From positions 33,714,921 to 33,778,920 of the forward strand of contig NC_068982.1 of the NCBI RefSeq assembly GCF_001194135.2: 64,000 nt of DNA. Reading direction: 5' to 3'. The position numbers and the translations under genes are program-made. This stretch comes from Octopus bimaculoides. Lineage: Eukaryota. Below the pieces are notes generated by a model. That model was not told where the DNA came from. It did not search any database and was given only the letters and a program-made list of their open reading frames with translations. This document shows, piece after piece, positions 14,071-27,383 of this stretch. Position 1 is the stretch's first letter. Each line of letters starts with the position of its first letter.

Positions 14071-14470
14071 AAACAAATATTTACACACGCACGCACGCAC
14101 GCACGCACGCACGCACACACGCACACACACACACACACACACACGTGTGTGTGTGCAGGCATAGCTGTGCACGTAAGATGTTTGTTTCCCACCCATGTAG
14201 TTTTTGGGTTCAGTCCCAGTGTGTGGAACCTTGGGCAAGTGTTTTCTACCATAGCCCCTGGCTGGCCAAAACCTCATGTGGATTTTGCATATGGAAACTG
14301 AAAGAAGCTCTTCATATANNNNNNNNNNNNNNNNNNNNNNNNNNNNNNNNNNNNNNNNNNNNNNNNNNNNNNNNNNNNNNNNNNNNNNNNNNNNNNNNNN
14401 NNNNNNNNNNNNNNNNNNNNNNNNNNNNNNNNNNNNNNNNNNNNNNNNNNNNNNNNNNNNNNNNNNNNNN

Positions 14471-14517
<47 letters not shown>

Positions 14518-15584
14518 GTACATATATATTTGTGTACATATATTTATATGTGTGTGTGTGTACGTACAGTTATGTGTGTGTTTATGTGGTTATATGAACC
14601 CTTGTCTGGACATTAAGTGATGGTTGTAAACAAATATCACCCTCATACAAGTGGTTTTGTTCATTTCCACTGTTCCGTGGAAAACATGTTCTGGCGATGA
14701 GAAATATTACCTTGCTTGGAAACGGGTGGGAGTTGGCAGTTGGAAAATCTACCTCAATAAACTCTGAGCAATTGAACAATACAAACATGGAAAAATGGAT
14801 GTTAAAAAAAACAAAACAAAAAAACGGATGATAATAATGATGATGCAATATATGCATATTGCATGTGTATGAGTGTATGTGCACATGTGCGTGTGTGTAT
14901 TTTATGTTTAGAATATATTTAGAAGAATGTTTGGATTAAACTACAAAATTGTTTTGAAAGATGTGGTGACAGTTGAGCTATTACTATTTCAAAATCTACT
15001 GGCTTTGCTTGGAGTATGCTTCTCTGTATAATATCATTATTACAACTAATAAGCTTCACACTGATGAACAGCCACTGATGTAAATTTGATAATAAGTTAT
15101 CAAAATTAATTTTGTTAGGTACCAATCAGCAGTACATTTAATTAAAGTTGACTGGATCTATTCAAATGAACTAAAATGACATTCTGCCAGAGGAAGGAAG
15201 TCTCAACCTTATATAAACAGTACAAAAAAAAAAATAATAATGCGGTATGGACACAGCTCTACTTGGGTCCCTTCCTCATTTACAGAGAACAAACCATTCG
15301 TTTTTAATTAAGTACACTTGTTTTCTTTATGGTAGAGTGAGAAAAACTGTTGTTATTGAGGTATTGGGTCTTTTGACTACTTTAATTACAGTGGCGCTAT
15401 CGTTATTAAATGCGACAAAGAAAGCAGATGTTTTATTAAGAATTTAGCATCCTGTTGGAACCTATCATTAAATAATTGTATTTTAAGCATTTCATTTTTC
15501 TAGGTTAGTCTTTCCTGTGTGAATTTTGTCTTTTAGTTGTTTATTTATTTGAGAGAGAGGCTGTAAGTATTCTTATCCACTTAC

Positions 15585-15792
15585 CTGCTTATTTTACATT
15601 TCTCCCATCATTACCTTTTCTTCTCCCTTGTAACAGATGATCAACTCTTTCCAACCTGATATTGTCTTCATTTGCATCTCTTCAAACAATCACACAGCTA
15701 TTTAGGGTAACTGTTCAGACATAATATCAATTGCTTCATTTTCTTTTTGTCAACTAGTTTAGTTAGTTTGTTTAAAAGCTGTCTTCTCTCTC
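15585..15792 (-). other. Candidate non-coding (5'UTR) exon, 208 nt
   Basis: Very strong acceptor cttctctctccttttttctttctttcacttgctag| and consensus donor AAGCAG|gtaagt. Purine-rich body with stops in all three frames. Confidence 0.45.
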
Positions 15793-15931
15793 CTAGCAAG
15801 TGAAAGAAAGAAAAAAGGAGAGAGAAGTTTTTATCTTTCTTTTCGTATTTATTATATCTTCTACATTATCTCTTTTTGGGCAATATATATATTTCAATCT
15901 TGGGTGATATTTACTTTTGGGTGGATATTAC

Positions 15932-16230
15932 CTGAACTACCAAGCTGTTTGACGAGTGGTTGACTGGAGATTTTGTGTATTATTTGTAAGTTTGTTCAGA
16001 TCTTGAGTATGTGATTTCTTGTCTTCTTTATTTTATTTTCTTAACACCTTTAAAACTTCACAGAACACTTCACTACACTCATTTTCCGAATTTTCTCACT
16101 CAAATATTTTTACCTTCTATTTGTTTGCTGTTTCTTTTCATAAGAAATCCCTCATAATAATGATAACATTTCTGCTTGTATTGAATCAGGGGATCTATTC
16201 AAAAGGAATGCTTTTCCCTTTTTACTTCTC
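15932..16230 (-). other. Candidate upstream or first non-coding exon (5' limit uncertain)
   Basis: Donor GTTCAG|gtaata at 15932/15931 defines a 139-bp intron (15931-15793) ending at the strong acceptor of the 15792 exon. Confidence 0.3.
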
Positions 16231-17389
16231 ACCAGCCCAGTTTACCTGTTGATATTTTTTTATGAGAGCCTATATTTTTCAGCTTATAAAACAAAGATTA
16301 GTTATAACATGTAGCTTTGATGGAATATATATATGTATAATTTGAGATTGGAAATATTCTTATTAAAAATTATATATTTCATTCATTCTCTTGCGTTTAT
16401 TTTTATAAACAAACTACAGTTATTTAAAATAGTATTTTGCTAGCATTATTATTATTATTATTACTACTTTTTGTCGTTGTTAGTGAATAACTATGATTTC
16501 TTTTTTAATTAGGAATTAGAATGCTAATTTTAGGTTGTGTGAAAACTGGTTGAGCAACTAGGGAGCTTAAACAAACTTTTGCTTTTGATGATACAAATGA
16601 ATGTGACGATGTATGGTATATGAGTTTTAGATTTGTTCCTGACTTCATAGTGATATATAACCATTACTGAGGAAAAGCAGGTATATTATATCAATAATTA
16701 TTTTCCTTTGTTTTATGTTTGTTTATATTCAATTCATTATAGTTGTTATATGTTATTTGTTAATTAAAATAATCACAGTCATAAACTAACTTTATAGTCT
16801 TTGTTTTCTTTTTTTTTTTTAAATTTTCACATGAGAATACTGTCTATATCAAAGACAGCTTTAAATGAATTTCACCCACAGGAAGGTGTACAGGAAACAA
16901 TTCAAATATGTTGGGTGTAACAGTCCCAAAATATTTCATTATATATTTCAGTGCAAATGCTGGTGTAGGATGTTGTAAATACTGAGATGGTCACAAATTT
17001 TCTCAAATCTGCATTAACTGCAGTTTAATTTTCATCAGTTGGGTACAAATATAGTTTGAACATGCATTACTCATCATATTATTGACTAAGAAGTAATATA
17101 TGTTATCAATGCTACTGTTTTATTTTCGATGATTTGTCGTATGTCTAATGACATAAGAAAGCTTTGTTATCAAGATATGTTGTTATACTTGTTTAGCATT
17201 ATTATAATTTGTCTGTGTTTGCTATGTTACTGTAATCTTCTAAATTAGAAACTAATTCCTAAATAGCCAAATTTCAAAATTTGAACATTATTTCTTACTT
17301 AGTTTGATCTACCTAGCATAATAAGTAAATATATGCGTACTTCTGTGTCTAATGTATGTATGCAGGAATGCGTGTGTGTATGTGTATCA

Positions 17390-17488
17390 CTCTCTCTCTA
17401 TATATATTATGTATGTATGTATGTGTATATATATGTATGTATATATATATCTATATGTATATGCAGGTATATATCTATATGTATATGC

Positions 17489-17586
<98 letters not shown>

Positions 17587-17920
17587 GTCTATATGTATGT
17601 ATGTATGTCTATATGTATGTATGTATGTATATACGTATACACATATGCATGTATATATATATATATGTGTAGATATATGTATATATGTATACACATATGC
17701 ATGTATAAGTATATATATATATATATATGTATATGCATGTGTATATATGTATATGTATATGCATGTGTATATATGTATATGTATATGCATGTGTANNNNN
17801 NNNNNATATGTATATGTATATGCATGTGTATATATGTATATGCATGTATATGTGTATATATATATATGTATATGCATGTATATGTGTATATATATGTATG
17901 TATGTGTATATGTGTAGATA
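17390..17920. repeat. Compound (TA)n/(TATG)n/(CATATA)n low-complexity tract with internal gap
   Basis: Seen directly. It generates the YI/CV-repeat ORFs in the track. Confidence 0.95.
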
Positions 17921-18436
17921 AATAGATAGATATATGTATTGTATTTACTTAACCACTAAAGTTGAACCACTAAATTACAGGGTTGTAAACAAACCAACAC
18001 TGGTTGTCAAATGTTGGGTGTCAAAGACACACGCACAACAGGTTTCTTTCAGTTTACTGCCATCCATTTATAAGGGCTTTGGACAGCTTGAAGCTATAGT
18101 AGAAGGCACTTGTTCAGGGTGCCATGGAGTAGGACTGAACCCAAAAGCATGTGGTTGGGAAGCAAACTTCTTACCACACTGTCATGCCTGATCCTGAATA
18201 TAGAAAATAAATAGGTGTAATTGTTCTGACGAAATGACAAGGGATTATATCATTTATTCTCTATGTGCTTTTGCAATAAACATCTATTATTAAAATGCTA
18301 TCCATCCAGATATTTTAAGGGAAGCAGAACAGTATATATTATTTCTTCAAGCTGTTGGTATATTCTAGCCTGATCAGTTTGTCAGCTTGATTAATGATCT
18401 ACAAAAAAGATTTGTTGTTTGGGAAACTTAAATTAA

Positions 18437-18656
18437 CCCTTTAGTATTCAGATTACTCTGTCAAATGTAATGCTTATTTATTCACATCATTATAAATTAA
18501 TCGTGCATGATCTCATTGCTTCAAGATTTCGATGATGCGATTGTTTAACTTTAGAATGATATTGTAGGGTAGGTGAGAGCATCTGGATCTGGCTAGTTTG
18601 AACATAAAATAGGTAGAATATTTGGGCCAGATATAGCCAGTTTAATTGCTAAAGGG
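18437..18656. mobile_element. piggyBac-type MITE, family P1 (a second degenerate copy follows at about 18733-18944)
   Basis: TTAA|CCCTTTAG...CTAAAGGG|TTAA. Confidence 0.9.
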
Positions 18657-19379
18657 TTAATAAGAAAATCATGTGTTTCCAATACCGTCTCAAATCTGTG
18701 ATGACTCAGAATTTGAGGCCACTGAAACAGTGCATTCTGATTACTCTGTTAAATGTTTTGCTTATTTATTCACATTGCTTTGAATTAATCATGCATTATC
18801 TCATAGCTTCAAGATTTTGATGATGTGATTGTTTATTTTTAGAATGATATGGTAAAATAGGTGCGAGTGGCTGGATCTGGCCAGTTTGAATATAAAACAG
18901 GTAGAATATTTGGATCAGATATGGTCTGTTTAAATGCTAAAGAGTTTTTTTTTCTTTTTTTTTCGTTTCAGTGCTTGATAATGAATTTTTATTCCAGAAT
19001 TCTGTGCAAATAATTGTTTTCCTCAAAGTTAGGCTTGATTTATTTTTAAAGACTTTAAAGGTCAAATTGATAATAAGATAAATAGCTACGACATTTTGAC
19101 AGATTCTTTGACGATTCATATATATAAATATTTAGATAATCAAATGACACCACCTGTTCTAATTAAGGTAAAAATGTTTAAAAAATAGTTAATTGTGTTT
19201 TTTATTGTTGTTTTTTTTAAATTTAGTTTTCACATATTTACATTTTACACTGTGACCATATTCACTTCCAAATATAAACAATATGTCTCTCTCATAAAAA
19301 GTATTTTATTAACATATGGTCAAATCAGTACTCTATTTTTGAGTAAATTGTTCAACTTTGTAAAAAGTGATGCCTGCAG

Positions 19380-20460
19380 CTGCATTGTGTCTCTTCTTCC
19401 TACAACACATCTTTCTCACCTGGAATTTTTCAATAAAGACTACCAGTTATTCTGGTTGAAAGTTTTTTTCTTCTTCCTCTAAGTTAATCTGTTGACATCT
19501 ACCACTCCCTGTACTCATCCTGTCATCCAAGTGATTTCAGTGAATACAATTTGTCTTGGCCTTCTCATTCCTTCTGTATTGACACTGCTACCACAAAGGC
19601 TGTGATGTTTATCATCTTGAACCATCTGAACTACTTAGTTTTCTTGTTTTCTTATATTTCTGACTCACACACTTCAATTCCGAAAATACTCCTGGCTTCT
19701 TTTCAAATCCAATTTATACACATTCTGTACCTGCTCCAACAGGATTATTTGGCCCATGTCTTATCTAGATAGCCTGAATCATATCAATCATTCCTTATTC
19801 CTCAATCACTGTTATGTCAAGTGAGGTAACTGGTGAGAATTCTGCCAATTCTATAGCAGTAAATATACTTCATTTGTGATTCATTCAAGACAGCAATGAA
19901 AATGACTGAAATCATCTGCCTTGATGTCCCTTACATAATGGCAGTCTACTGTTTTAAAGTCCAAATTGTAACATATAGCTATGTAAGTCAAAGATGTTGC
20001 TTACAGCAATTAGAGAAAATCCCCTATCATGATCAACTGGTAGTCATTTGTCATCAATGCAGTGCTTGGAACATAACCTTTAGAAAAGCAAAATATGATT
20101 TTCTCATGGAACAAGACCCCTCCTGAACTTAAACCTTCTCAAACTCACTTAGCTCACCATATAGTGTATGTAGCTACCATTCTGAAAACTTCCCACTTCT
20201 CTTCAGCCCACCAAGGCAACTCTCCTGACAATGTTCTCACTATTACTTTCAAGCAGTATTTTCCCTTGATATGGCCCCATATCCTCATTAAATTCTTCAG
20301 CTTTTTGCTTCTGTACAATTTTCTACTCTGAACTGTGAAAACAGATTATAGTGTGGATCCTTCCAAAAAATATGTAAGGTATCTGATCTCATCAACTACC
20401 ATCTCCCTTATCTTTATTGCTGCAAGTTATGTTTTCATGCATCTGTCCCTAGTCAAAAAT
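19380..20460 (-). pseudogene. Highly decayed LINE (probably RTE) RT C-terminal remnant
   Basis: Minus-strand fragments EMVVDEIRYL (cf. RTE EVVxxFxYLG) and EGMRRPRQ (cf. EGxRxRGRP). Many stops and frameshifts. Confidence 0.35.
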
Positions 20461-20689
20461 GTTTTAATGTGTAAGTAGCATGTTATTGTATCTTAATTTG
20501 GTAAAATGTTTTAGCCTTAAAAAAAAAAAAGGGGTCTGTATAAAATAGTTTCTCAGTTGTTTTAGAATTAATGCCTGCTCATAAGGTGACACACCAGTTA
20601 ATGGTTAGATAATTGGATTGCTTATTTCTATTTTACTTGCTGGTTTTGGAGTAAGCATCAGTGATTGTAACTTTGGTAGGCTTTCTAAA

Positions 20690-21065
20690 TCCAGTGAGAT
20701 TGATGCTGTTCCATTTAAACTGTTCATGTCAACACTTGCAAGAAAGACCTGAGCAGGAAGGAGATTCCAGTGGGATGATGTTTTGGGGAGAAAGGACTGG
20801 GTATAATAGTTAGTATGAGGTTGGAGGAGTGACAAGTGCTTTGGGAGTATCTGAGTGGAGAAAGTCCAAAACTAGCTGGCTCCAAGAACAGAGGTCATTA
20901 ATGTAACTTTAATAAAGAGAGTGAGGGGTGGCAACATACCTGTTGACCAGAGACTAGAGCATGTCTGTGAAGCTTAATGCCAATCAGTTAAGTAACCCTG
21001 AATGTGGTCCATGATGTCTGTGTGCATAGCAGCAGCACCGTCCAAGATGCTGGAACAATCAACTC
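20690..21065 (-). pseudogene. CR1-like LINE RT C-terminal remnant
   Basis: HTNYYTQSFLPKTSSHWNLLPAQVF (ORF 20605-20835) matches the CR1/L2 tail motif T.YY.SFFP.T...WN.LP..VF. Upstream fragment CSSILDGAAAMHTDIMDHIQ resembles EYCSxIWxGA...LDRIQ. Confidence 0.75.
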
Positions 21066-22229
21066 CCTAGTGTAGGCTTCATTTTAACATTATTCTCACA
21101 TCTGAAATGGTGCTGTTGTTATGTATACTGTTACTTCATCTTAAATTTAAATCTTACTATATGAATTGTTGCCTGTACTAAATTAACACGGGTTATTTCA
21201 AACATATTAGTCAGCAACCTAAAATAGTTATCACTCGTTAAGCATGTGAAGAAGGCAGCCCTGTTTGGCGCTTCAGATGTCTGAAGTAATCAAATAACTA
21301 TTTAATGTATTATGTCACAGAAAAGCAAATATTAAAATGAAATAGGAGAAAAAATATAATGAGGATTTATTAAAATTTTAAGAAACTGATAAGGGATGCA
21401 CAAGGATAAATTTTTAATGTCATTTTTGTTTTCTACTATATTAACGAATTTTCCATGTCTTATGTAATTTAAATCCATATTAACATGTATATCATTTATC
21501 AATTTTCAATTACATAGAAACAAATAATATTACTAGACTCTAATAGTGTATGTAGCTGTTTCTAAAATAAAGTACTACAGTGAATAGAAGAAATAACCAC
21601 CAAAATGATATTGATTTCTACCTCCTGCATAACACTCCAAATTTGATGGAGGGATCAGTCAATGATATTACCTGTGTAAAGGCTAGTTCTTTATTTTCAT
21701 CACACTGGGAAGTAGCATTCAAACTCAGAAATATAACTGAGCATCATAAGGCATTTTGTCTATCCTGAAACCACAACTCTTCTATAATTATCAATATATT
21801 AATAACATTGTGTGTGTGTGTGTATGTCTATGTATGTATGTTTGCATGCATGCAGACAATACAGTATACTATTTAATAAATACGAAAGTCATGGGTGAGC
21901 TAATTCAGGTTTCATACTCATAAAGTACAATATACATCTGCACATAAATAAGGCGTATCATGTACAATCCAGCAATCATTTGCCACATTGATATATTCTT
22001 GGAAAATAATTCTGTCTCATTTTGGCACAAGACCTGTAATTTTGAGGAGAGATGAAAGTTGATTACATTGACCCCAGTGCTTCACTGGCACTAATTTTAT
22101 CAATCCCTGAAAGGATGAATGGCAAAGTTGACCGTGGCTGTATTTGAACTCAGAATGTAAAGAGCAAGAAAAAAATGCTACTAAGCATTTTGCCTGGTGT
22201 AGTAATGATTCTGCCAGCTCACTGTTATC

Positions 22230-22612
22230 TTTTATCTTGTTTTAGTCATTGGACTGCAATCCTGCTGGGACACTACCATGAAAGGCTGAGTTGAATAAAT
22301 CAACTCCAGTGCTTTTTGTTTTTTCATGAACCCTGACACTGATTCTATTAGTCCCTTTTGCTGTATCACTAAGTTATGGGTATGTAAACAAGCCAACACC
22401 GGTTGTCAAGTAGTGGTGGAAGGACAGGAACAAGCAAACACACACGCACACACACGTGACAAGCTTTATTCAGTTTTCATCTATCAGATTCACTCACAAG
22501 GCTTTGGTCAGCCTGGGGCTGTAGTAGAAGACACTTGCCTAAGGTGCTATGCAGTGTGACTGAACCCGAAACCTTGTGGTTGGGAAGCAAACTTCTTATC
22601 ACATAGCCATGT
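22230..22612 (-). mobile_element. SINE family A
   Basis: Reverse-complement match to 24474-24900. Confidence 0.85.
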
Positions 22613-23655
22613 CTGAACCTATAGAAAATAAGTGAAAATAACTCACCAGATAAAGGAATAACTTACATATAATTGTTATTTATTACACTATGTAACACGG
22701 TTTTTGTCCTTGGGTAGCAACTGTTAATTCCTATTTGCTTACCCTTAGAAAGTATGAAAAATAGCTAATACTTCCTTCAAACTTTGCTTTTGTTACGATA
22801 TTTACTCAAACCCCAAAGAATACTTCTCAACACATGGTTATGATGCTCCCCCACCACTCCTGCTCATGATCAGAGATGCATGTATTGTCAGCCACTAAGG
22901 AATATGCTCAAGTGGTTAAAAGGTCAAGCAACTGACAAGCAAATCTGTGGCATTGAGCAGAATATTCGCTATGACAATATTTCTGCTTCAGCAACTCAGC
23001 ACTGAATCTGTCTAAAATATGATGGAAAATTGGTCAGTTTCAAAATATTGATGTCCAGGTCACTAAAGCAAAGTCTGAGGGGAATAATGGTTATTTCCTT
23101 TGATTCTTAGATAAAAGCAAATAGAAAATAACACTTACTGACCAAAGACAGAAAAAGATTTAAAAAATTATTACACAGTGTTATCTAATTTGATCTTAAA
23201 GGAGGTAAAACACATAGTACTATCTGAATTTTATCTCTTTATAGCTGGAGGTCAAAGAAATTGGTTCTTTTCGACAATGCTCCATCCTAAACTGTTACAC
23301 TTGTATTGCCATCTGTTGTTCTGTTCTGGGTATAATTTTCTTAGGATGTTTTGTTTACAAATTTCTTTTACTAGTAAATTACCTACAGCACATACATAGA
23401 GATAACTGTATTGACAGACAGAATGCTAGGTAGGCAGATGGAATACCGAGGTCAATGAAATCGACTGTGTGCGTGCGTGTGTGCACATGTGACAGACTGA
23501 CAGAAACAGTCTTTATATTTAGATTGATTAGTTTTTGCTCTATCTGATGATGGTATTTAGTTACAAAGAACCAGCTTGCCTAAAAGATCAGATATAAGTA
23601 GTCATTTAAAAAACAGTGGCCTTGCTTCTTAAGGTTAAGTATCTGTAAATTCCAA

Positions 23656-23691
<36 letters not shown>

Positions 23692-24473
23692 CCCTCTTTA
23701 TAAATTGAGTTTATAAAGCTGTCAAAATGTACTTTATTGCTTTAAAAATTATATTCTGGGAAGTTGTCATGACTTTTAGAAATGTCTTAAAATCTCAAAG
23801 ATTAGCATTCTCTATACTATAATTTTCATAAGTTGTATCGGACAGGTCAGTTGGTAATACTGGGTTTCACAACAAAGTATTCTATAGTTAAAGAAAAAAA
23901 GCATAGTTGTCATCCTTCTCATCAACAAATGATTAAACAAATATGATGTATTTTAAAACTACATAATAATGTTTATACTTATTGCAGATTTCATCTAAGT
24001 CAATCTCTACTTCTTTTGACACTTAATCTTCTGTGTTTTTCTCCATTTATAATTATTTGGTTAATCATCGTCATCACTGTCACTGTCTTACCCTCCACTT
24101 TTCATGCTTGCATGTGTCAAATGGAATTTGTTGTGGCATATTTGCTATGGCTTGATCCCCTCCTGCTACCAACTGTCACCTATTCCCAAGTAAGGTAATA
24201 TTTTCTCTGTAACCAGAGATGCTTTCGTGGAAGATTGGAAACAAAAAAATGCTTCTTGCATGATGGTGACTCTTCTTTGCAGGTGTTACAGGATGTCAAG
24301 GCAGAAAAAGAATAGCACACATATGCATGCATGATAGGCTTCTTTCAGTTTCAATCTTACAAATCCACTATAGTAGAAGACACTTGTCTGAAGGATCATG
24401 CATACTGAAAACCATGTGGTTAGGAAGCAGGCTTCTTACCATACAGCTACACCTGTGTATGATCTTAAATGAT

Positions 24474-24639
24474 AGGAGTGGCTGTGTGGTAAGTAGCTTA
24501 CTTACCAACCACATGGCTCCGGGTTCAGTCCCACTGCGTGGCACTTTGGGCAAGTGTCTTCTACTATAGCCTTGGGCCGACCAAAGCCTTGTGAGTGGAT
24601 TTGGTAGATGGAAACTGAAAGAAGCCTGTCGTATATATG

Positions 24640-24680
<41 letters not shown>

Positions 24681-24900
24681 ATGTTTGTGTGTCTGTGTTT
24701 GTGCCCCCAATATCGCTTGACAACTGATGCTGATGTGTTTACGTCCCCCGTAACATTAGTGGTTCAGCAAAAGAGACCAATAGAATAAGTACTAGGCTTA
24801 CAAAGAATAAGTCCTGGGGTCGATTTGCTCGACTAAAGGTGGTGCTCCAGCATGGCCGCAGTCAAATGACTGAAACAAGTAAAAGAGAGTAAAAGAGAAT
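24474..24900 (+). mobile_element. SINE family A, near-consensus
   Basis: tRNA-like A/B boxes (tggctgtgtggtaag...gggttcagtccc), core gcactttgggcaagtgtcttctactatagcc, internal (TA)n, tail gactgaaacaagtaaaagagagtaaaagag. Confidence 0.95.
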
Positions 24901-25474
24901 GATTTTAGATTGCATCCATCCCATTTTCACCAGAATGGAATTACTGTTTTTTTTAATTCTGGTTATTTTTGCTGTAAATCTTGCATGCATTGTATTGTTT
25001 CATAGAGTTTGATAATACTGGATATGACTGTCAGTGCTGACATTCCTTGTGTTTATGTTTATTCTTCAACAGCTCTTCTTGTAGTCTATCTTTGTTATAG
25101 TTTATTTCTCAAGCCAGCTCTGTTTATTCTCAAGCCTATTTATCGTTAAAAGTTATTCCAGTTTTGACCATCCTCTATACTACATATCCTAAAGAATCTG
25201 TAAGATATTTTTTTTAACTTGTCGAATCTGAAGGGACAGTGCCTTGACTTTGGGAGGCCCTTGAAAACTGATGAGTTTGATGCCATTAATGTTCTATTTA
25301 ACTATTTTGGTATTAAACTGCCTGAGACTGTTCCTTGATTTCTGTTTTAAAGTGATCCAAATTAAAATTCCCATCAAAATTTCATGTTAATTTGTTCCAG
25401 ATACCATTTTAATATTGAAAAAGTTATTTTACTAAATTCTGCATCATTTAAAGAATAATTGGGACTAAGATAGT

Positions 25475-25724
25475 ATATTGTTGTATTTCAGGATGGTCAT
25501 TTTATTTTTTCCCCAAATAAACACACATACTATATATTTGTTCTTGACTCATTTATTACTGTTCTTATTCTAACTTGTGTCCATTGTCTGGAAATCTTTT
25601 GTTACACATCTGTGACCTTTTCAGCTACACCTTCATCTTTGTGTGTGTTCCTACTCGGCTTAGTCCATTCTGTTCTAGAAAAAAAAAAAAAAAAAAAAAA
25701 GGCCATCCCGAAATACAACAATAT
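25475..25724. mobile_element. Foldback MITE with 24-bp terminal inverted repeats, nested in a degenerate TTAA-type MITE (about 25297-25822)
   Basis: atattgttgtatttcaggatggtc versus ggccatcccgaaatacaacaatat (22/24 inverted match). Related copy at 36352-36644. Confidence 0.75.
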
Positions 25725-25829
25725 CTGTTCCAACACATGGTTTCACATCAGGAATCTTGCAACACATATTCATAAATGTAAGATAGTGTATTTCAATAGA
25801 AATATGGTAACAAAAAGGTTAAACTGTTG

Positions 25830-26330
25830 TAAGTCAATATCTGCAAGAAAGACATGGATAAGGAGAGTTCATAGGGCTGATGCTCTATGGAAGAAAGACT
25901 GAACATAATGGTGAGTGCAGGGCAGAAAGTGGGTGGATGCAATAAAAGTGGCAAAAAGTGCAGAGATGAGTGGATCAGGAGAACATGAGTGGGGGAGATA
26001 TGAGATTAGTCAATTCTGAGGAACAGAGGCTATTATAATAATGATAGAGATAAGAGATAGAACACATGTGGAATAGAGGCTGGAGCATGCCTGTTAGGGA
26101 TTTAATACTAGTCAGTCAAGTGATCTTTCTCTGGTTGCTGTCCCAAATGTGAGAACAGTACTCCACTGTGGATGTTACATGAGCCTTGTAGAGGATTAGC
26201 AATTATTGGGGATTGAAATATTTTTTGGCTCTGAAGAGCAGACCAAAGGATGCGTTTTTGCCAGAAGAATTCCTCAGTAATAGTGAAGCCTAGCATTTGG
26301 AGTGACTGAAAGAATGCTAGCTGAGTGCTG
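25830..26330 (-). pseudogene. CR1-like LINE RT C-terminal remnant
   Basis: 26193-26140 encodes LYKAHVTSTVEYCSHIWD (CR1 motif LYKAxVRPxMEYCSHIW). Downstream fragment THHYVQSFFHRAS. Confidence 0.85.
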
Positions 26331-27347
26331 CTCACATCTAGAGCGGGTCTGATGTACTTTTTTTTTTTTATTATGAGTAATGCTTGAGTTATTTTCTGTT
26401 AAGAGACAACGTTAGTATTGTCCTACTGAAGGAAGCTCTCAGGGTTTCATGCCATGGAATCAATGCAGGTTTGGTGTGTGATAATGAGGTTGCATGTAGA
26501 TGGTGGCTAGAGAAAGTTAGGGAGAAATTAATAATGGGCTTGACTTTGCTGAAACAATACTGGTGGTCACACTGGAGAGAGAGAGAGAGAGAGGGAGAGG
26601 GAGAGAGAGTGTGGGGGAGAGTGAGAGAGTGAGAGTGAGGGGGAGAGAGTGAGGGGGAGAGAGATGTTCAAAGTCTTGAAGGAAAAGACATTGTTAATGG
26701 CTGTCTCCATTTATCTTTGAGATCCAATGCATCTTTCTTTTCCTTTTGAAGTAAGTAAGATATGATTTGAATGCAATTCAGCTACTAATTCTAGCAGATC
26801 AACTGTCTTGAGAGGTTTCTTCATTGGCCTGTTTACTTCTTTGTTATCCTATATGAGACCATTGTTTATCATTGTTTTGCCTGATTTTTTTGTTTTTAAA
26901 TACCATTTCTATGTTATGACTTTCTGTTTCTGTTGACAATCACTTTGTTACTGATTAAAATACATTTCCAGATCCTGGAACAATTGCAAACACTTTTGCT
27001 TTTAGAGTCTGTTTGCCCAGCTTTCTAAGATTTTATTTGATAATTTTAGATAAGAGGTCTCAACAAACCAAATATGATATTGATGTAGGTTTGTCATATT
27101 TGTTTGTTATGCTTCAGTGAATACAAGTCTGTATGCTTTTAAAATAATCAGTTTTGTATGCTAAAATATGGACAAAATATCAAAATAGTTAATTTGGCAT
27201 AATGTCCAAATGGGCTCCAGATGTTGTGTATTATTTGGAGGACAAAGCATTTAAGTTTTAAATATTTGATTGATGATAGGTTCCAGACTGTTTGGCAGAG
27301 AAATTCATAATTTTCATGGTTACCAGAGAGGGCAGCAAAATGTATGA

Positions 27348-27383
<36 letters not shown>

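Noticed and set aside
15247-15447. 66-aa ORF MDTALLGSLPHLQ...
   Set aside because: No recognisable domain, and it lies in the intron of the proposed minus-strand model.
23245-23290. WRSKKLVLFDNAPS resembling the pogo/Tigger DDE motif LLLDNAPSH
   Set aside because: Too short, followed by a stop, with no TIRs or flanking transposase similarity.
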